A stretch of 64,000 bases of DNA from an uncultured Gemmatimonadales bacterium (GTDB lineage Bacteria > Gemmatimonadota > Gemmatimonadetes > Gemmatimonadales > Gemmatimonadaceae). The position numbers and the translations under genes are program-made. This document shows positions 18,710-28,924 of this stretch, piece after piece. Every line of letters starts with the position of its first letter. The stretch's first letter is position 1. Below the pieces are notes generated by a model, which was not told where the DNA came from, searched no databases, and saw nothing but the letters and a program-made list of their open reading frames with translations. The stretch lies in assembly GCA_963701965.1 (NCBI GenBank), contig OY969695.1:1792001-1856000 (forward strand), written 5' to 3'.

Positions 18710-20305
18710 TCAGTGCGCGACCGCCGGACTCCGGGCCGACGCGATCCGCACGTTGATGCAGGCGGGCTCCCCGCAGGCCAGCGCGACCGCGAGCGCATCG
18801 GCCAGAGACGCCGGATCCGACGCCGCGAACCCCCGCGCACCCAGGCCGCGTGCCACGTGGTCATAGGGCGCGTCCAGCAAGTCGGTCGCGTAGGTGCGTT
18901 CGGGACCGTACTGCGCGGCCTGGAGATGCCACTCCGCCCCCCACCGTGCATCGTGGCCAACGATGACGACCAGGGGCAACCCACAACGCGCCGCCGTCTC
19001 CAGCTCGCTCGCGTGATACCCGAAGGCACCGTCACCAATGAACACGATGGTGCGACCACGCGAGCCCGCGGCAGCCACCCCCAATCCCATCGGTATGCTC
19101 CCGCCGATCGCCCCCAACTTCGCGTTCCATAACATTGGATTCGGCAGGTCGCTCAACCCCGCGCGAATCCATTGGCAATATTCCCCTCCATCGAGCACGA
19201 GGCAGTCGTCGGGTCGCAGCAGCCCGCGGACTGCCTGCGCGACGGTGAGCGGATGCAGCGCGGAGACTGACGTCTCGGGCACCAGCTCGGCCGGCCGGCT
19301 CGACCAGAGATCGGTCCACGGGCTCGATCGCGGACGGTGCCGCGCCGTGGCATCCGACAAGAATGCCAGCGCCGGCGTCACAGCAACTTGGAGATGCCAG
19401 TCCGGCCGACGTTCCGGCCGCGGATCACCGGGCGCGTCAATGTGCAGCAGCGATCCGGCCGCGGCGATGGCCGATCGCCGGAGAAAACCGACGGCGAAGT
19501 CACCGGGAGCGACGACCAGCGCGCAGTCGCTCTCCGGATACCGATGAGTCACCGCGCGATACTTGAGGTCACTCGTCCCTCGCGGGCACTCGGTCACGAC
19601 CGGCTCGACCCCGAGGTGGCGCGACAATCTCCCCAAGCTGGCTCCGGCCGCGTTGCGGTTAGCCGACGGTCGGACAATGATGAGGGGCCGCTCGGCGCGC
19701 ATGAGACGGTCGGCCATCGCGTGGAGTACGGCCTCGCTCTCCGTCGGCGCGACATCGGCAGCCGCGTGAGCGCTCGCCACCTGATCGGCAATGTCGTACC
19801 TCGCCGCGAGCACATCGCGCGGCAAGCTCACATGTACGACCCCAGGCACATCCGCACCAGCGAGCGACCAGGCACGGGACAACACGTTCGGCAACGCGGC
19901 ACCGTCGACCGCGGCGAGCGACGCCTTGGCGATCACACGGGCGATCGTACGCTGGTCCACATCCTGAAAGCCACCAGCGCCCGCTTCGCCGCTGGCACAC
20001 GCGCCGCTCAGAAACAGCAGCGGAAGCTCCGCGCTCGTCGCGCTGGCGACACCGGTGGCCGCTGCCAGAAACCCCGGACCTGCCGAAACGAGCACTACGC
20101 CCGGCCGGCCCGTCGATTCCGCGAACGCCTGTGCGGCGTACGCAGCGGCCGATTCGTGGCGCATATGAATGATCCGCAACCCGGCAGCCGGCGCCGCATC
20201 GAAGATCGGCAGAATCTGATTCCCGGAGACAGCGAATATTGTCGTCGCACCAAGGTCCCGAAGCGTGCGCGCGACAATCTCACCCCCGGTCAGGCTGGTA
20301 GACAT
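18710..20305 (-). CDS. Thiamine-pyrophosphate-dependent enzyme (acetolactate synthase-like family)
   Basis: TGGEIV, RHESAA, SAGPG, GGFQD, TPP-binding GDGAFG..; ATG 20305. Confidence 0.9.
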   Translation of the reverse strand: MSTSLTGGEIVARTLRDLGATTIFAVSGNQILPIFDAAPAAGLRIIHMRHESAAAYAAQAFAESTGRPGVVLVSAGPGFLAAATGVASATSAELPLLFLSGACASGEAGAGGFQDVDQRTIARVIAKASLAAVDGAALPNVLSRAWSLAGADVPGVVHVSLPRDVLAARYDIADQVASAHAAADVAPTESEAVLHAMADRLMRAERPLIIVRPSANRNAAGASLGRLSRHLGVEPVVTECPRGTSDLKYRAVTHRYPESDCALVVAPGDFAVGFLRRSAIAAAGSLLHIDAPGDPRPERRPDWHLQVAVTPALAFLSDATARHRPRSSPWTDLWSSRPAELVPETSVSALHPLTVAQAVRGLLRPDDCLVLDGGEYCQWIRAGLSDLPNPMLWNAKLGAIGGSIPMGLGVAAAGSRGRTIVFIGDGAFGYHASELETAARCGLPLVVIVGHDARWGAEWHLQAAQYGPERTYATDLLDAPYDHVARGLGARGFAASDPASLADALAVALACGEPACINVRIASARSPAVAH

Positions 20306-20351
20306 GCGCCTAATTACGGCTCCACAATCCACATCAGCAAGGCGCATTAAC

Positions 20352-20381
20352 CGATATGAGATATCGCGTGTCGGCATATCG
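20352..20381. promoter_or_regulatory. Overlapping GATAT/ATATC dyads upstream of the TPP enzyme; candidate regulator site
   Basis: CGATAT-GAG-ATATCG (20352-20366) and CATATCG (20375-20381). Confidence 0.4.
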
Positions 20382-20386
20382 CTGAA

Positions 20387-21316
20387 TCAGTGCGTGAGCA
20401 ATTGTGCCGGCCACGCCCCGCTTTCGACCCGATCGGTCACAACGCTGGTGATCGTATCGCCCGCAAATCGCGCCAGCCGCGGCATGGGGCGCCCCGGGGC
20501 GAACGAAAGCACGACCTGCCGCGTGGGAACCGGATCGACCAAGGGCGCCGCGGTGAGTCGGCCGCCGAGGACGTCGTCGTGGACGGCCGCCAAGGGAAGG
20601 ATCGTGCGACCGTGGCCATGCCGGACGAGATCCTTGAGCGTCGCGTAGGAATCCGCTTCCACAGCAACGGACAAGGCGATCCCTGCCTGCTCGGCGAATC
20701 GTTCGACAATCTCCCGCAAACCGTGCCGCACACTCGGCAGCAACAGTCGCTCCTGCGCGAGGGCGCTGAACGGAACGGCCCGCACGGTCGAGAATCCGGC
20801 GTCGGCAGGACCGATGAGGAACAGGCTGTCGCGCAACAGGGGACGCGACCGGAGTGCTGCGGTGTCCTTTGTCGGAAAGTGCACGGCGACATCGATATCG
20901 CCCCGCCGCAGCCAGTCGAGGAGGTATCCCGTGTACGCGCTCACCAGCCGCAGGGCGGCCAGCGGGTGAGTCGCCTGGAATGCCGCGACGAGCGGAACCG
21001 CGACCACGTCCGCGACTGTCGGAGGCAGCCCGATAGCAACGCGCCCGGTGAGCGGCGCACTACCTTCGGCGGCGCTCGTCCGGATTTCGTCGACTTCCGC
21101 CAGCACGCGTTTCGCGTGGGCGAGCACCTCCTGCCCTTGGTCGGTGATCATCATGCCCCGGCCATGGCGCTCGAACAAGCGGGTGCCCAGCTCGGCCTCG
21201 AGCAGGCGAATCTGCCGGCTCAGTGCCGGTTGCGCGGTCCGTAGCCGCTCGGCGGCACGGCTCAAGCTGCCGAGCTCCGCCACCTGAATCAGCGTCCGCA
21301 ACTGCGTCAATTCCAT
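20387..21316 (-). CDS. LysR-family regulator
   Basis: MELTQLRTLIQVAELGSLSRAAERLRTAQPALSRQIRLLE. Confidence 0.95.
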   Translation of the reverse strand: MELTQLRTLIQVAELGSLSRAAERLRTAQPALSRQIRLLEAELGTRLFERHGRGMMITDQGQEVLAHAKRVLAEVDEIRTSAAEGSAPLTGRVAIGLPPTVADVVAVPLVAAFQATHPLAALRLVSAYTGYLLDWLRRGDIDVAVHFPTKDTAALRSRPLLRDSLFLIGPADAGFSTVRAVPFSALAQERLLLPSVRHGLREIVERFAEQAGIALSVAVEADSYATLKDLVRHGHGRTILPLAAVHDDVLGGRLTAAPLVDPVPTRQVVLSFAPGRPMPRLARFAGDTITSVVTDRVESGAWPAQLLTH

Positions 21317-21378
21317 GCAGACATATCTAATATAGTTATAGCTGTCCGCCAAGAAATATCCTATCATAATCGGACGCG

Positions 21379-22872
21379 TTGGTGTATGCTGGACCCGTGC
21401 GACCGGTATTCACGAATATCATCGACGGCGTCGCCCAATCAGCGGCGGCGACATTCGAGAGCTTTGATCCGTTCACGGGCGAGCCGTGGGCGGCGATCCC
21501 CCGAGGGACTCCCGACGACGTCGACCGCGCGGTCGGTTCTGCGAAACGCGCGTTCCAGTCGAAGGCTTGGCGAGGCCTGAGTGCGTCCGCGCGCGGCCGG
21601 TTGCTCGTTCGGCTCGCGGACTCGATCGCGGCCCAAGCGGATGAGCTCGCGGCCATTGAAACGCGCGACAACGGGAAGCTGATCGCCGAAATGACGGCGC
21701 AGCTCCAGTACGTTCCGGAATGGTACCGCTACTTCGGCGGGCTCGCGGATAAGATCGAGGGTACGGTACTGCCGTGCGACAAGCCCGGCTTCTTCGCCTA
21801 CACCCGACGTGAGCCGATCGGCGTCGTTGCTGCGATCGTGCCCTGGAATTCGCCGCTCATGCTGCTGTCATGGAAGCTCGCCCCGCTCCTCGCCGCCGGG
21901 AATACCGTCGTCATCAAACCGTCCGAGCACGCGTCGGCTTCGACCCTCGCTTTCGCGAAACTGTTCGCCGACGCAGGATTTCCGCCGGGTGTCGTGAATA
22001 CGGTGACGGGGATGCCCGACGAAGTCGGCACGGCGCTCGTCGCACATCCCGACATCGCCAAGGTAGCCTTCACTGGTGGTGAAGCAGGAGGCGCCGCCGT
22101 GTATGGAACGGCCAGCGCCGGCATCAAGCCCGTCACACTGGAGTTGGGCGGCAAGTCCGCCAACATCGTATTCGCGGACGCGGATATCGATAATGCGGTG
22201 AACGGCGCTGTCGCCGGCATTTTCGCAGCAAGCGGCCAGACCTGCATCGCGGGCTCGCGGCTCCTCGTCGAGCGAACGATTCACGATCGCGTTGTCAATG
22301 GTATCGTCGCATTGGCGCGCACCGCGCGCCTCGGCGACCCGTCGCGACTCGACACGCAAGTTGGTCCGATCGCGACCACCGCGCAACGCGCCAAAATCCT
22401 TGGATATATTGATCTCGCTCGTGACCAAGGTGCCGTCTGCGTCCACGGCGGCCGCGTCCCAACTGAACCCGGACTCGCGCGCGGTTGGTTCGTCGAACCG
22501 ACTATCTTCACGGGAGTGCACAACGGGATGCGTATCGCCCGCGAGGAGGTGTTTGGCCCAGTCCTGTCGGTGATCCCCTTCGACGAGGAAGAGGAGGCGT
22601 ACGCCATCGCGAACGACAGCCCCTACGGACTTGCCGCGGGCTTATGGACCTCTCACATGGGCCGCGCACTCCGCGGGGCGGCGGCGCTCGAGGCCGGAAC
22701 CATTTGGATCAACACGTATCGGGCGGTCAGCTACGTGGCGCCGTTCGGCGGATACAAGCGCAGTGGCTTCGGTCGCGACAATGGCCAGGAAGCGATCGAC
22801 GCCTACTTGCAGACCAAGACGGTGTGGGTCGACACGACCGGGCGGACGGCCAATCCGTTCATCATTCGGTAA
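21379..22872 (+). CDS. NAD(P)-dependent aldehyde dehydrogenase
   Basis: IVPWN, KPSE, LELGGKSAN, GQTCIAG, EEVFGPV, PFGGYKRSG. Confidence 0.95.
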   Translation: MVYAGPVRPVFTNIIDGVAQSAAATFESFDPFTGEPWAAIPRGTPDDVDRAVGSAKRAFQSKAWRGLSASARGRLLVRLADSIAAQADELAAIETRDNGKLIAEMTAQLQYVPEWYRYFGGLADKIEGTVLPCDKPGFFAYTRREPIGVVAAIVPWNSPLMLLSWKLAPLLAAGNTVVIKPSEHASASTLAFAKLFADAGFPPGVVNTVTGMPDEVGTALVAHPDIAKVAFTGGEAGGAAVYGTASAGIKPVTLELGGKSANIVFADADIDNAVNGAVAGIFAASGQTCIAGSRLLVERTIHDRVVNGIVALARTARLGDPSRLDTQVGPIATTAQRAKILGYIDLARDQGAVCVHGGRVPTEPGLARGWFVEPTIFTGVHNGMRIAREEVFGPVLSVIPFDEEEEAYAIANDSPYGLAAGLWTSHMGRALRGAAALEAGTIWINTYRAVSYVAPFGGYKRSGFGRDNGQEAIDAYLQTKTVWVDTTGRTANPFIIR

Positions 22873-22887
22873 CGACGGGGTTCGTGC

Positions 22888-24063
22888 GTGACGGACGATA
22901 TCAATCCGAACGCCGTGCAGCACGCGGAGTATCGGAGAGCAGTCCGCGAGCTCTGCGCGCGCTTCGATAGCGCGTACTGGCAGCGCGTCGACGCGATACC
23001 CGAATACCCCGAAGCATTCGTCACGGCGCTGACCGAAGCCGGATGGCTGTCGGCGTTGATTCCCGGCGAATATGGCGGCGGCGGCCTGTCGCTCACGGAG
23101 GCGTCCGTGATTCTCGAGGAAGTCAATCGGTCCGGAGCCAACTCCGGAGCCTGCCATGCGCAGATGTACATCATGGGAACCCTGCTGCGCCACGGATCGG
23201 TCGCGCAACAACGACGCTACTTGCCACGCATCGCGTCAGGCGAGCTGCGGCTGCAGTCGTTCGCCGTGACCGAACCCACGACCGGCACGGACACCACGAG
23301 CCTCAAGACGCGCGCCGAACGGCGCGGCGACCAATATGTGGTCAACGGGCAGAAGGTATGGATCTCGCGCGTCCAACACTCTGATCTCATGCTGCTGCTC
23401 GCGCGCACCACGCCGCTCGGCGAGGTCGCAAAGAAATCCGACGGACTGTCCGTGTTCCTCGTCGAGCTCGCGGATGCTGAGCGCCGTGGCATGACGGTGC
23501 GCCCGATTCGGAACATGGTGAACCACGAGACGAACGAGGTATTCTTCGACAACTTCGAGATCCCCACCGAGAACCTGATCGGGGAAGAAGGACAAGGGTT
23601 TCGCTACGTGCTCGACGGAATGAACGCCGAACGCATCCTCATCGCCGCCGAGTGCATCGGCGATGGCTATTGGTTCATCGACCGCGCGCGACGGTACGCC
23701 AGCGAGCGTGTCGTGTTTGGCCAACCGATCGGGCGGAACCAGGGCGTACAGTTTCCCATCGCGCGCGCCTATGCGAACGTGCGAGCCGCCGATCTCATGC
23801 GGTACGAGGCGGCGCGGCGATTCGATGCCGGCGAGCCCTGTGGCGCCGAGGCGAACCTCGCCAAGCTCTTGGCGGCGGATGCATCCTGGGAGACAGCGAA
23901 CGTGTGCCTCCAAACGTACGGCGGATACGGCTTCGCCGCGGAGTATGACGTCGAGCGCAAGTTTCGCGAGACGCGCCTCTATCAAGTCGCGCCGATTTCG
24001 ACGAATTTGATTCTGTCGTACCTGGGCGAGCATGTGCTGGGACTGCCGCGGTCGTTCTCATGA
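22888..24063 (+). CDS. Acyl-CoA dehydrogenase
   Basis: PGEYGGGG, FAVTEPTTGTD, NGQKVWIS, GGYGF..EYDVER. Confidence 0.95.
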   Translation: MTDDINPNAVQHAEYRRAVRELCARFDSAYWQRVDAIPEYPEAFVTALTEAGWLSALIPGEYGGGGLSLTEASVILEEVNRSGANSGACHAQMYIMGTLLRHGSVAQQRRYLPRIASGELRLQSFAVTEPTTGTDTTSLKTRAERRGDQYVVNGQKVWISRVQHSDLMLLLARTTPLGEVAKKSDGLSVFLVELADAERRGMTVRPIRNMVNHETNEVFFDNFEIPTENLIGEEGQGFRYVLDGMNAERILIAAECIGDGYWFIDRARRYASERVVFGQPIGRNQGVQFPIARAYANVRAADLMRYEAARRFDAGEPCGAEANLAKLLAADASWETANVCLQTYGGYGFAAEYDVERKFRETRLYQVAPISTNLILSYLGEHVLGLPRSFS

Positions 24064-24076
24064 CGCGGTCGTTCTC

Positions 24077-25216
24077 ATGATGCTGCCGTTGGACGGCCTC
24101 CGCGTGGTCGCGCTCGAGCAGGCGGTCGCGGCGCCGTTTTGCTCGCGCCAGCTCGCCGATCTCGGCGCGGAGGTGGTAAAGGTCGAGCGGCCGGATGGTG
24201 GTGATACGGCGCGCGGCTACGACACCGTGATCAACGGACAGTCGGCCTACTTTGCGTGGTTGAACCGCGGCAAGAAGAGCGTTGTCCTCGATCTCAAGAG
24301 TGCACGCGACCACGATGCCTGCCGGCGTTTGATCGCGACGGCCGACGTCCTCGTGCATAACCTGGCGCCTGGGGCAATTGAGCGACTCGGCTTCGGCTAC
24401 GAGCCTGCGTCCGCGCTCAACCGGCGTCTCGTGTGGTGCGGCATCTCAGGCTACGGCCCCGATGGCCCGATGCATGAGCGAAAGGCCTACGATATGCTCG
24501 TCCAGGCGGAGGCCGGCGTCGTGTCCGTCACGGGACGTGCCGACAGTCCCGCCAAAGTCGGCATCTCGATCGCCGACATTGCGGCGGGGATGTACGGCTA
24601 TGCGTCGATTCTCGCTGCGCTGCGCCTGCGGGACCAAACGGCCGCTGGCACGCGCATCGACATTTCGATGCTCGAATGCCTCACCGAATGGATGATGCCG
24701 GCGCTGTATGTGTGGCTCGGTGCAGAACAGGTACCGGGACGCGCCGGCATACGACACAATATGATCGTGCCGTACGGCGCGTATGCCTGCGCCGATGGAC
24801 TCGTGATGCTCGCCATCCACACCGACCGGGAATGGCGGCGTTTCTGTGCAGACGTGATGGGCGACGCCGCGCTCGCTGACGATCCGCGCTACGCGACGAA
24901 CCCTCTGCGCGTCGAGCACCGGACGTCACTCGAGTCGATGATCGAGGCACGGTTCGCCCGCTGCCAGTCGCTCGACGTCACGCGCGACCTCGAGCGCGCG
25001 GACATCCCGACCGCATCGCTGAACGATATCCCATCCGTCGTTGCCCACCCGCAACTGACAGCCCGCCACCGATGGACCGAGGTCGCCTCCCCGGGTGGCG
25101 AGATCCCGGCGCTTGTACCGCCGCACAATCTCGCGGGCATCGCGCCACGCATGGGCCGCGTGCCCGCACTCGGCGAGCACACGGACGCAGTGCTCGCGAC
25201 GTTGGACACACGCTGA
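24077..25216 (+). CDS. CaiB/BaiF class III CoA-transferase
   Basis: PLDGLRVVALEQAVAAPFCSRQLADLGAEVVKVE, NRGKKS, ADIAAGMY, PALGEHT. Confidence 0.95.
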   Translation: MMLPLDGLRVVALEQAVAAPFCSRQLADLGAEVVKVERPDGGDTARGYDTVINGQSAYFAWLNRGKKSVVLDLKSARDHDACRRLIATADVLVHNLAPGAIERLGFGYEPASALNRRLVWCGISGYGPDGPMHERKAYDMLVQAEAGVVSVTGRADSPAKVGISIADIAAGMYGYASILAALRLRDQTAAGTRIDISMLECLTEWMMPALYVWLGAEQVPGRAGIRHNMIVPYGAYACADGLVMLAIHTDREWRRFCADVMGDAALADDPRYATNPLRVEHRTSLESMIEARFARCQSLDVTRDLERADIPTASLNDIPSVVAHPQLTARHRWTEVASPGGEIPALVPPHNLAGIAPRMGRVPALGEHTDAVLATLDTR

Positions 25217-25692
25217 TGTCACGTCACTTCGAGGACTTCCGAGTCGGCGATGTGATTCGCCATGGCATCGGGCGGACCGTGACCGCGACGGACAACGCGT
25301 GGTCGGCGCTCTTGGCCCTGAACACGAATCCGATCCATTTCGACGGGCACTATGCAGCGCAAACCGAGTTCCACAAAACCCTGGTGAACTCGCCGCTGGT
25401 CCTGGCGATCGTGACCGGTCTCTCGGTCACCGATATCTCTCGACACGCGGTCAACCTCGGCTGGGACGAGGTACGGATGCCGGCGCCGGTATTCGAGGGC
25501 GATACACTCTACGCGGAGACCCGAGTGATCAGTGCCCGCGAATCCGGCTCGCGCCCGCACATGGGCATCGTCGAGGTGCAGACCACGGGATTCAAGCAGG
25601 ACGGTACCGTGGTGATGACCTTTCGGCGGTCGATTCTCGTGTATAAGCGGGACCACGGACCGACAATGCCAGATTACGTGCCGGACGACTGA
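25216..25692 (+). CDS. MaoC-family (hot-dog) dehydratase
   Basis: FEDFRVG..RTVTATDN..NPIHFD..NLGWD..PVFEGDTLYAE; TGATG overlap. Confidence 0.9.
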   Translation: MSRHFEDFRVGDVIRHGIGRTVTATDNAWSALLALNTNPIHFDGHYAAQTEFHKTLVNSPLVLAIVTGLSVTDISRHAVNLGWDEVRMPAPVFEGDTLYAETRVISARESGSRPHMGIVEVQTTGFKQDGTVVMTFRRSILVYKRDHGPTMPDYVPDD

Positions 25693-26225
25693 TGCAGGCG
25701 ACGACACGACGGAGCAGTACAGTCGCCGCCGCATAGCCCAACGCCATGACACCGAGCCATGGAACGACAGGGAACAGCACGAAAAAGTGCGTGCCCGGCA
25801 GGTCGCCGCGACGGTGCAGCAGCACCCAGAGCCAGTCGAGCGAGCCGAGTTGTGCGGCTTGAACCCGATCGAACAGATCGTGCAGGCCGACGAGCGCCAG
25901 ACCGAATGTCAGGATCGCCCATTCGGGCAACCATACGAGGGCGGCGAGAACGACCATACTGCTGCCCAGTGACCAGATCACCCCGCCAAATTGCCACGGG
26001 ACGAACGTCCAGGCGAAATCAATGATCGTCCATTCCAGAATGACGAGCCAGACGCCGCGCGTCCAGAGAAAACGGGCGATCGCTCCGACGGATCCCGCCC
26101 GGTTGCGATAGAGGAACGCTCCGGTTCCGGCGAGAAAAAAGAACATGGGAGCGCAGAAGTGCGTGATCCAGCGCGTGTAGAAGAGGGCCGGCCAGGTGTG
26201 ATTGATTTCCTCCGATTCGAACCCG
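25690..26225 (-). pseudogene. DUF1624 (HGSNAT-like) membrane protein, internal fragment
   Basis: WPALFYTRWITHFCAPMFFFLAG..RGVWLVILE..VIWSLG..PWLGVMALGY; both ends missing. Confidence 0.75.
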
Positions 26226-26370
26226 ACCCGTCAATTGAAGGTGGCCCCCGGTGGCGTTCTGAAACGGACCGTAGACCGACGCTCCGTTCTCGATCTGCTG
26301 GCGTTCACGATTGCCCCTGCACCGAGGAGTGAGGAACGCCAATCCATGCGCCCACGGCGCCGTTTCCGTA

Positions 26371-27654
26371 CTACGGCGCGATCTTCTGTGCGGCCTCCCG
26401 CTCCGAATGCTCGAACGCGTCGGCGAATTGGTCGAGTTCCTGGTCGGTCATGCCTATGTCGCGACCGACGTCGCGCCAGCGGGCCACGGCGGCATCCACG
26501 TCTGCGATTATCTCCCGTGCCCGCATTAGCGGAACCGCGAAGTACTCCGTCGCCGACAGGAGAGCAGCGATCGTCGCTTCTGGCCCGGTATCCTCGGTGA
26601 TCCAGGTCTTGAGTTCCCGCTCACGCTCCGGGAAGGGGTTTACGTCGAACGCTGGCGAGAGCCGCCACTTCCCAGCTTCCACATGCAGGAAGCCGTGATT
26701 GTGCAGGTGATCGTCGACGTTGTTGATCAGAATCGAGAACGCGATGCGACGAAATAACTCGTCAATGTCGACCTGCGTTGCAGCCCCGTGCTGCCTAAGC
26801 GCATCAACGATCTCGGCGTAGGAGTGGTCTTCAGCCGTGCCCCTGTCGACGCCGAGCAGCGTGGCCGCCGAGACGTACATCAAGCGCCCTCCACCCGGTC
26901 CTCGGTCGAACCGTCGAATGACGGCAACAGGTGTATCCTGACTCATCACCACCCTAGCTTCGGCTGCGTGTATTCCGGCGACCGCCGCTAAGCGGAGCGC
27001 GAGTACTTCAGCCTTCGTCACCGCACGTTCGTCTCTTACACTCGGAAACTTCCCAATTGAGAGCCGGCCCCCGCTGTCGACGATTGTGGCTTTCGGTCTG
27101 AGGCCACCGAGTGAGGTACCGCGGCCGCGCAGGTAGGCGAGATCAGCCGCCGTCTCGCTGTGCATCTCCACGGCACGGCTCGCGGCGATGAGGTGGTCAA
27201 GCTCGACCAGGGGCGGGGTCGTCCGTCGCCCTTCCTCGATCGCGCGGCGAAACACGCCATCTTCATCGCGGAATCGGAGGGCGCCAATGCGACTTGGATC
27301 ATCCACCGCGAGTAGGAAGTCGAGCCCGCCTTCCATCGACGGGAGTGCCTCACCCGCTTGCCGGGCTGCGGCGCGGCGCTTCGCCTGGTCCCGACGAATT
27401 ACGGTCTGACCCCAGCCGTCGGGTTCAGTGTCAGCGAGAGCTGGATGAAACACCGAGCCCTCTTTCGGTTTCTGATGGAACTGTAATCCCGGTTGGAGCG
27501 GAAGCGTCGGATCTATCGCGAAGCGGTCCTCAGCGCTCAGCCACGACGGATCGTACTCGAACATCGCGCTCTCGCGCTCTCCTTGCTTGTTATAGTGGAG
27601 GAGGCCAACGCGTCGCGGTGTCTCGCCGATATGCACCTGGATTGAGCGCTTCAT
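26371..27654 (-). CDS. hipA: HipA-family kinase toxin
   Basis: DTEPDGWG, RIGALRF, GTSLGGLRPKA, RRFDR, NVDDHLHNHGFL, LSPAFD. Confidence 0.9.
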   Translation of the reverse strand: MKRSIQVHIGETPRRVGLLHYNKQGERESAMFEYDPSWLSAEDRFAIDPTLPLQPGLQFHQKPKEGSVFHPALADTEPDGWGQTVIRRDQAKRRAAARQAGEALPSMEGGLDFLLAVDDPSRIGALRFRDEDGVFRRAIEEGRRTTPPLVELDHLIAASRAVEMHSETAADLAYLRGRGTSLGGLRPKATIVDSGGRLSIGKFPSVRDERAVTKAEVLALRLAAVAGIHAAEARVVMSQDTPVAVIRRFDRGPGGGRLMYVSAATLLGVDRGTAEDHSYAEIVDALRQHGAATQVDIDELFRRIAFSILINNVDDHLHNHGFLHVEAGKWRLSPAFDVNPFPERERELKTWITEDTGPEATIAALLSATEYFAVPLMRAREIIADVDAAVARWRDVGRDIGMTDQELDQFADAFEHSEREAAQKIAP

Positions 27655-27983
27655 AGTTCGGTTGGCTCAGTCTTGGTGCGCACGCGCTCAGGGAGACGCT
27701 CGACGTCTAGCACCAGGGCCTGGTCATCGCGGCTGGCATCGACGAGATCGCCGAACGGAGTACCGAGGCCGAGGACGAACAGTGCCATGGCGTAGACGCC
27801 CATCCCAACGGTCGGGTCGCCCCGCTCGACGCGGAAATAGGTGGGCTTCGACACGCTGAGGCGCCCGGCCATCATGGTCGCAGTGAGGCGACGTTTTCGT
27901 CGGGCAACGCTAATGTCCCGCCCCAGCTTGATCAGGGAGCGGCGAACCTGGGGAGGCAGACGATCAAAAAGAGGAGATTTCAT
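27651..27983 (-). CDS. XRE-family HTH antitoxin (HipB-like)
   Basis: LGRDISVARRKRRLT..RVERGDPTV..Y..ALFVLG; ATGA overlap with hipA. Confidence 0.85.
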   Translation of the reverse strand: MKSPLFDRLPPQVRRSLIKLGRDISVARRKRRLTATMMAGRLSVSKPTYFRVERGDPTVGMGVYAMALFVLGLGTPFGDLVDASRDDQALVLDVERLPERVRTKTEPTEL

Positions 27984-27992
27984 TATTACGGC

Positions 27993-28037
27993 CACATATA
28001 TGTTATCCTAACCAGATTTATAGTCACATATATATTA
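27993..28037. promoter_or_regulatory. Repeated ACATATATGT-type palindromes upstream of the TA operon; candidate autoregulatory operator
   Basis: CACATATATGTTA (27993-28005) and CACATATATATTA (28025-28037) in an AT-rich patch. Confidence 0.6.
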
Positions 28038-28159
28038 CCGTATTCTCTATAGCAACGCCAGCGCAGCGCCCAAGAGACCGGTTGAGCCGGGGCCGCCTCG
28101 ATTCCAAATGACTAATCATGCTGACTTCCTGCTCCAACGTTCGAGCGCGCCGCCTGACG

Positions 28160-28320
28160 GGCTGGAGCGTCCACGAATGCCCGGGCCGCGCGTGGATCAG
28201 GTTCAACAGGCGGCCAACGACTGCATCGCGGCGGCCGGCGAACCACCCCGAGTGCTCCGGCGGCAACTCATCCACGTATCGACGCAGCGCTTCAATGAAC
28301 ATCGCCTCCGCGAGCCGCGG
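28160..28320 (-). pseudogene. AraC-family regulator fragment
   Basis: FIEALRRYV..GWFAG..DAVVGRLLNLIHARPGHSWTL; HTH truncated. Confidence 0.65.
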
Positions 28321-28369
28321 TCAGCATGCTGTCGGACCCGGCCCGGGCGTGTCGCGATTCTTCAGTGAG

Positions 28370-28841
28370 CTGGCGCGCGAAGCTTTTGAACAAGAAATGC
28401 GCGTTGATCTGATACCGCAGCGCGCGCAGCTCGGCGTCGCGCGCCAGCGCGTGCGCCGCCTCGGGACGCGCGCGACTGTTGGATGCCGAAATAGGCAGCA
28501 CTCCACGCCGACAACGCGAACCACGCGGCCAGGGCGCCCCCGAGCGCGCCTTGCCAGCGGAATGAGCTGCTCGCGCCCGTAGCCGCGACCGAGCAGCAGA
28601 AACCCAGCACGTACGCCGTGATCAGGGTGATCACGGCAATGCGACCCCACGACGGGCGGCGGCGCCAGAGCCTACGATAGACGAGCGACATCACAATGCT
28701 CGCCGCGCACAGCGTGATCGCGAATATCGATACCCAGATCCGCTCCGTTCGGAGACGGAGGAACGGCAACGTGCCGAGCGTCACCGCCGAGGCGAGAATG
28801 CTCCAGCCGAGCGCCAGAAGACGCCAATCCGCAGCGGCCAT
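28370..28841 (-). pseudogene. LytS-type sensor histidine kinase 5' fragment
   Basis: TM N-terminus ending WSAAYFG, then in another frame AELRALRYQINAHFLF (LytS H-box); truncated. Confidence 0.7.
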
Positions 28842-28924
28842 GGAATCACCGGTTGATCGCATGGAATGCACGACTCGACGCGTCGCCGGCGCGGGCCGGC
28901 GACTGTGTGATGTATGCTACTGTC

